From positions 1-25,928 of IMG/VR virus record IMGVR_UViG_3300025786_000008: a stretch of 25,928 nucleotides of DNA. One strand, 5' to 3'. A model generated the notes under the pieces. The model was not told the origin of the DNA and ran no database searches. It worked only from the letters and a program-made list of their open reading frames with translations. This document shows, piece by piece, positions 25,370 through 25,928 of the stretch (its first letter is position 1; each line of letters opens with the position of its first letter). This stretch comes from a virus. Its lineage: Duplodnaviria > Caudoviricetes. The position numbers and the translations under genes were made by a program.

Positions 25370-25928
25370 ATGGCACAGATTAATTTAGGTAAAATAAAAC
25401 CTCTTTGGAGAGGGGCGTATTCGGCTGCTACTACCTACAAGCCGCTAGACTTTGTAAGCTATAACGGACTTATTTATATTTGTGCTGAAGTTACAACTGG
25501 TAATGCTCCTACGAATACTGCATTTTGGGATACTATCGTGGATGGCTTAGGTACAGCTATAACTTATGACGTAACCACGTCCCCTGCTGATACTACTGCT
25601 GGCAGGCTAACTAAAGTTGGTGATTACGGGATGGGTACAGGTGTCACAAGAAGTAATGAATATTCGACAGGTCGGGATTTCAATAACTTTTTAATTTCAG
25701 GACTTTATTTTATTGGAGGATCTAACAATCTACATACTCCTTTAGGACTGCCAACAGGCGCTTATTCTTTGCTTGTAAACAATAACCAATCAACCTATCG
25801 TTATATTGAACAAACTGCAACATTATTAAGTATAACACAACCTAGAAAGTTTTTTAGGTCTAAAATTAGTAGTACTTGGTCAGCTTGGGAAGAAATTTAT
25901 AACACAGGTGCGCCTATCCCTTCGTCCG
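25370..25928 (+). CDS. tail fibre protein (3' partial; not in ORF track)
   Basis: MAQINLGKIKPLWRGAYSAATTYKPLDFVSYNGLIYIC (CBM5/12-like), GLGTA..DVTTSPADTTAGRLTKVGDYGMG, then a pyocin-knob-like domain ending FFRSKISSTWSAWEEIYNTG. Open to the window end. Confidence 0.85.
   Translation, partial: MAQINLGKIKPLWRGAYSAATTYKPLDFVSYNGLIYICAEVTTGNAPTNTAFWDTIVDGLGTAITYDVTTSPADTTAGRLTKVGDYGMGTGVTRSNEYSTGRDFNNFLISGLYFIGGSNNLHTPLGLPTGAYSLLVNNNQSTYRYIEQTATLLSITQPRKFFRSKISSTWSAWEEIYNTGAPIPSS

Noticed and set aside
1-25928. Stop-codon reassignment suggested by abundant TAG
   Set aside because: Core genes are intact in the standard code, coding density is high, and TAG ends genes at sensible positions (739, 7918, 12078).

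Overview
This window is part of an AT-rich, probably lytic, podovirus-like dsDNA phage genome. No integrase, repressor, tRNA or CRISPR array was seen. It has two divergent arms. The leftward arm (~16500 to 729) is bounded at both ends, so it appears complete. It encodes unknown early proteins, a RecD/Dda-like SF1 helicase, a Cas4/RecB-like Fe-S nuclease, a DUF4116 repeat protein, a Sak4-like ATPase, an SSB-like protein, a family A DNA polymerase (His at the Pol I F762 position, extra N-terminal domain), a DUF3987-like AAA+ helicase, dCTP deaminase, a DEDDh exonuclease and a pentapeptide protein. No primase or RNA polymerase is recognisable in it. The rightward arm (17658 to the end) encodes a terS candidate, terL, portal, scaffold, major capsid, adaptor proteins and a tail fibre. 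The 3' end of a probable large virion protein enters at the left edge. The most striking element is the ~1.1 kb non-coding switch region (16527-17657). It holds two inverted arrays of a variable GGCANNNT octamer enclosing a 25-bp tandem repeat and a palindrome cluster, followed by a 190-nt G-free AAAAC(C)T array. It is a candidate replication origin and/or genome-end/packaging locus. All product calls come from motif recognition by eye, not database searches.
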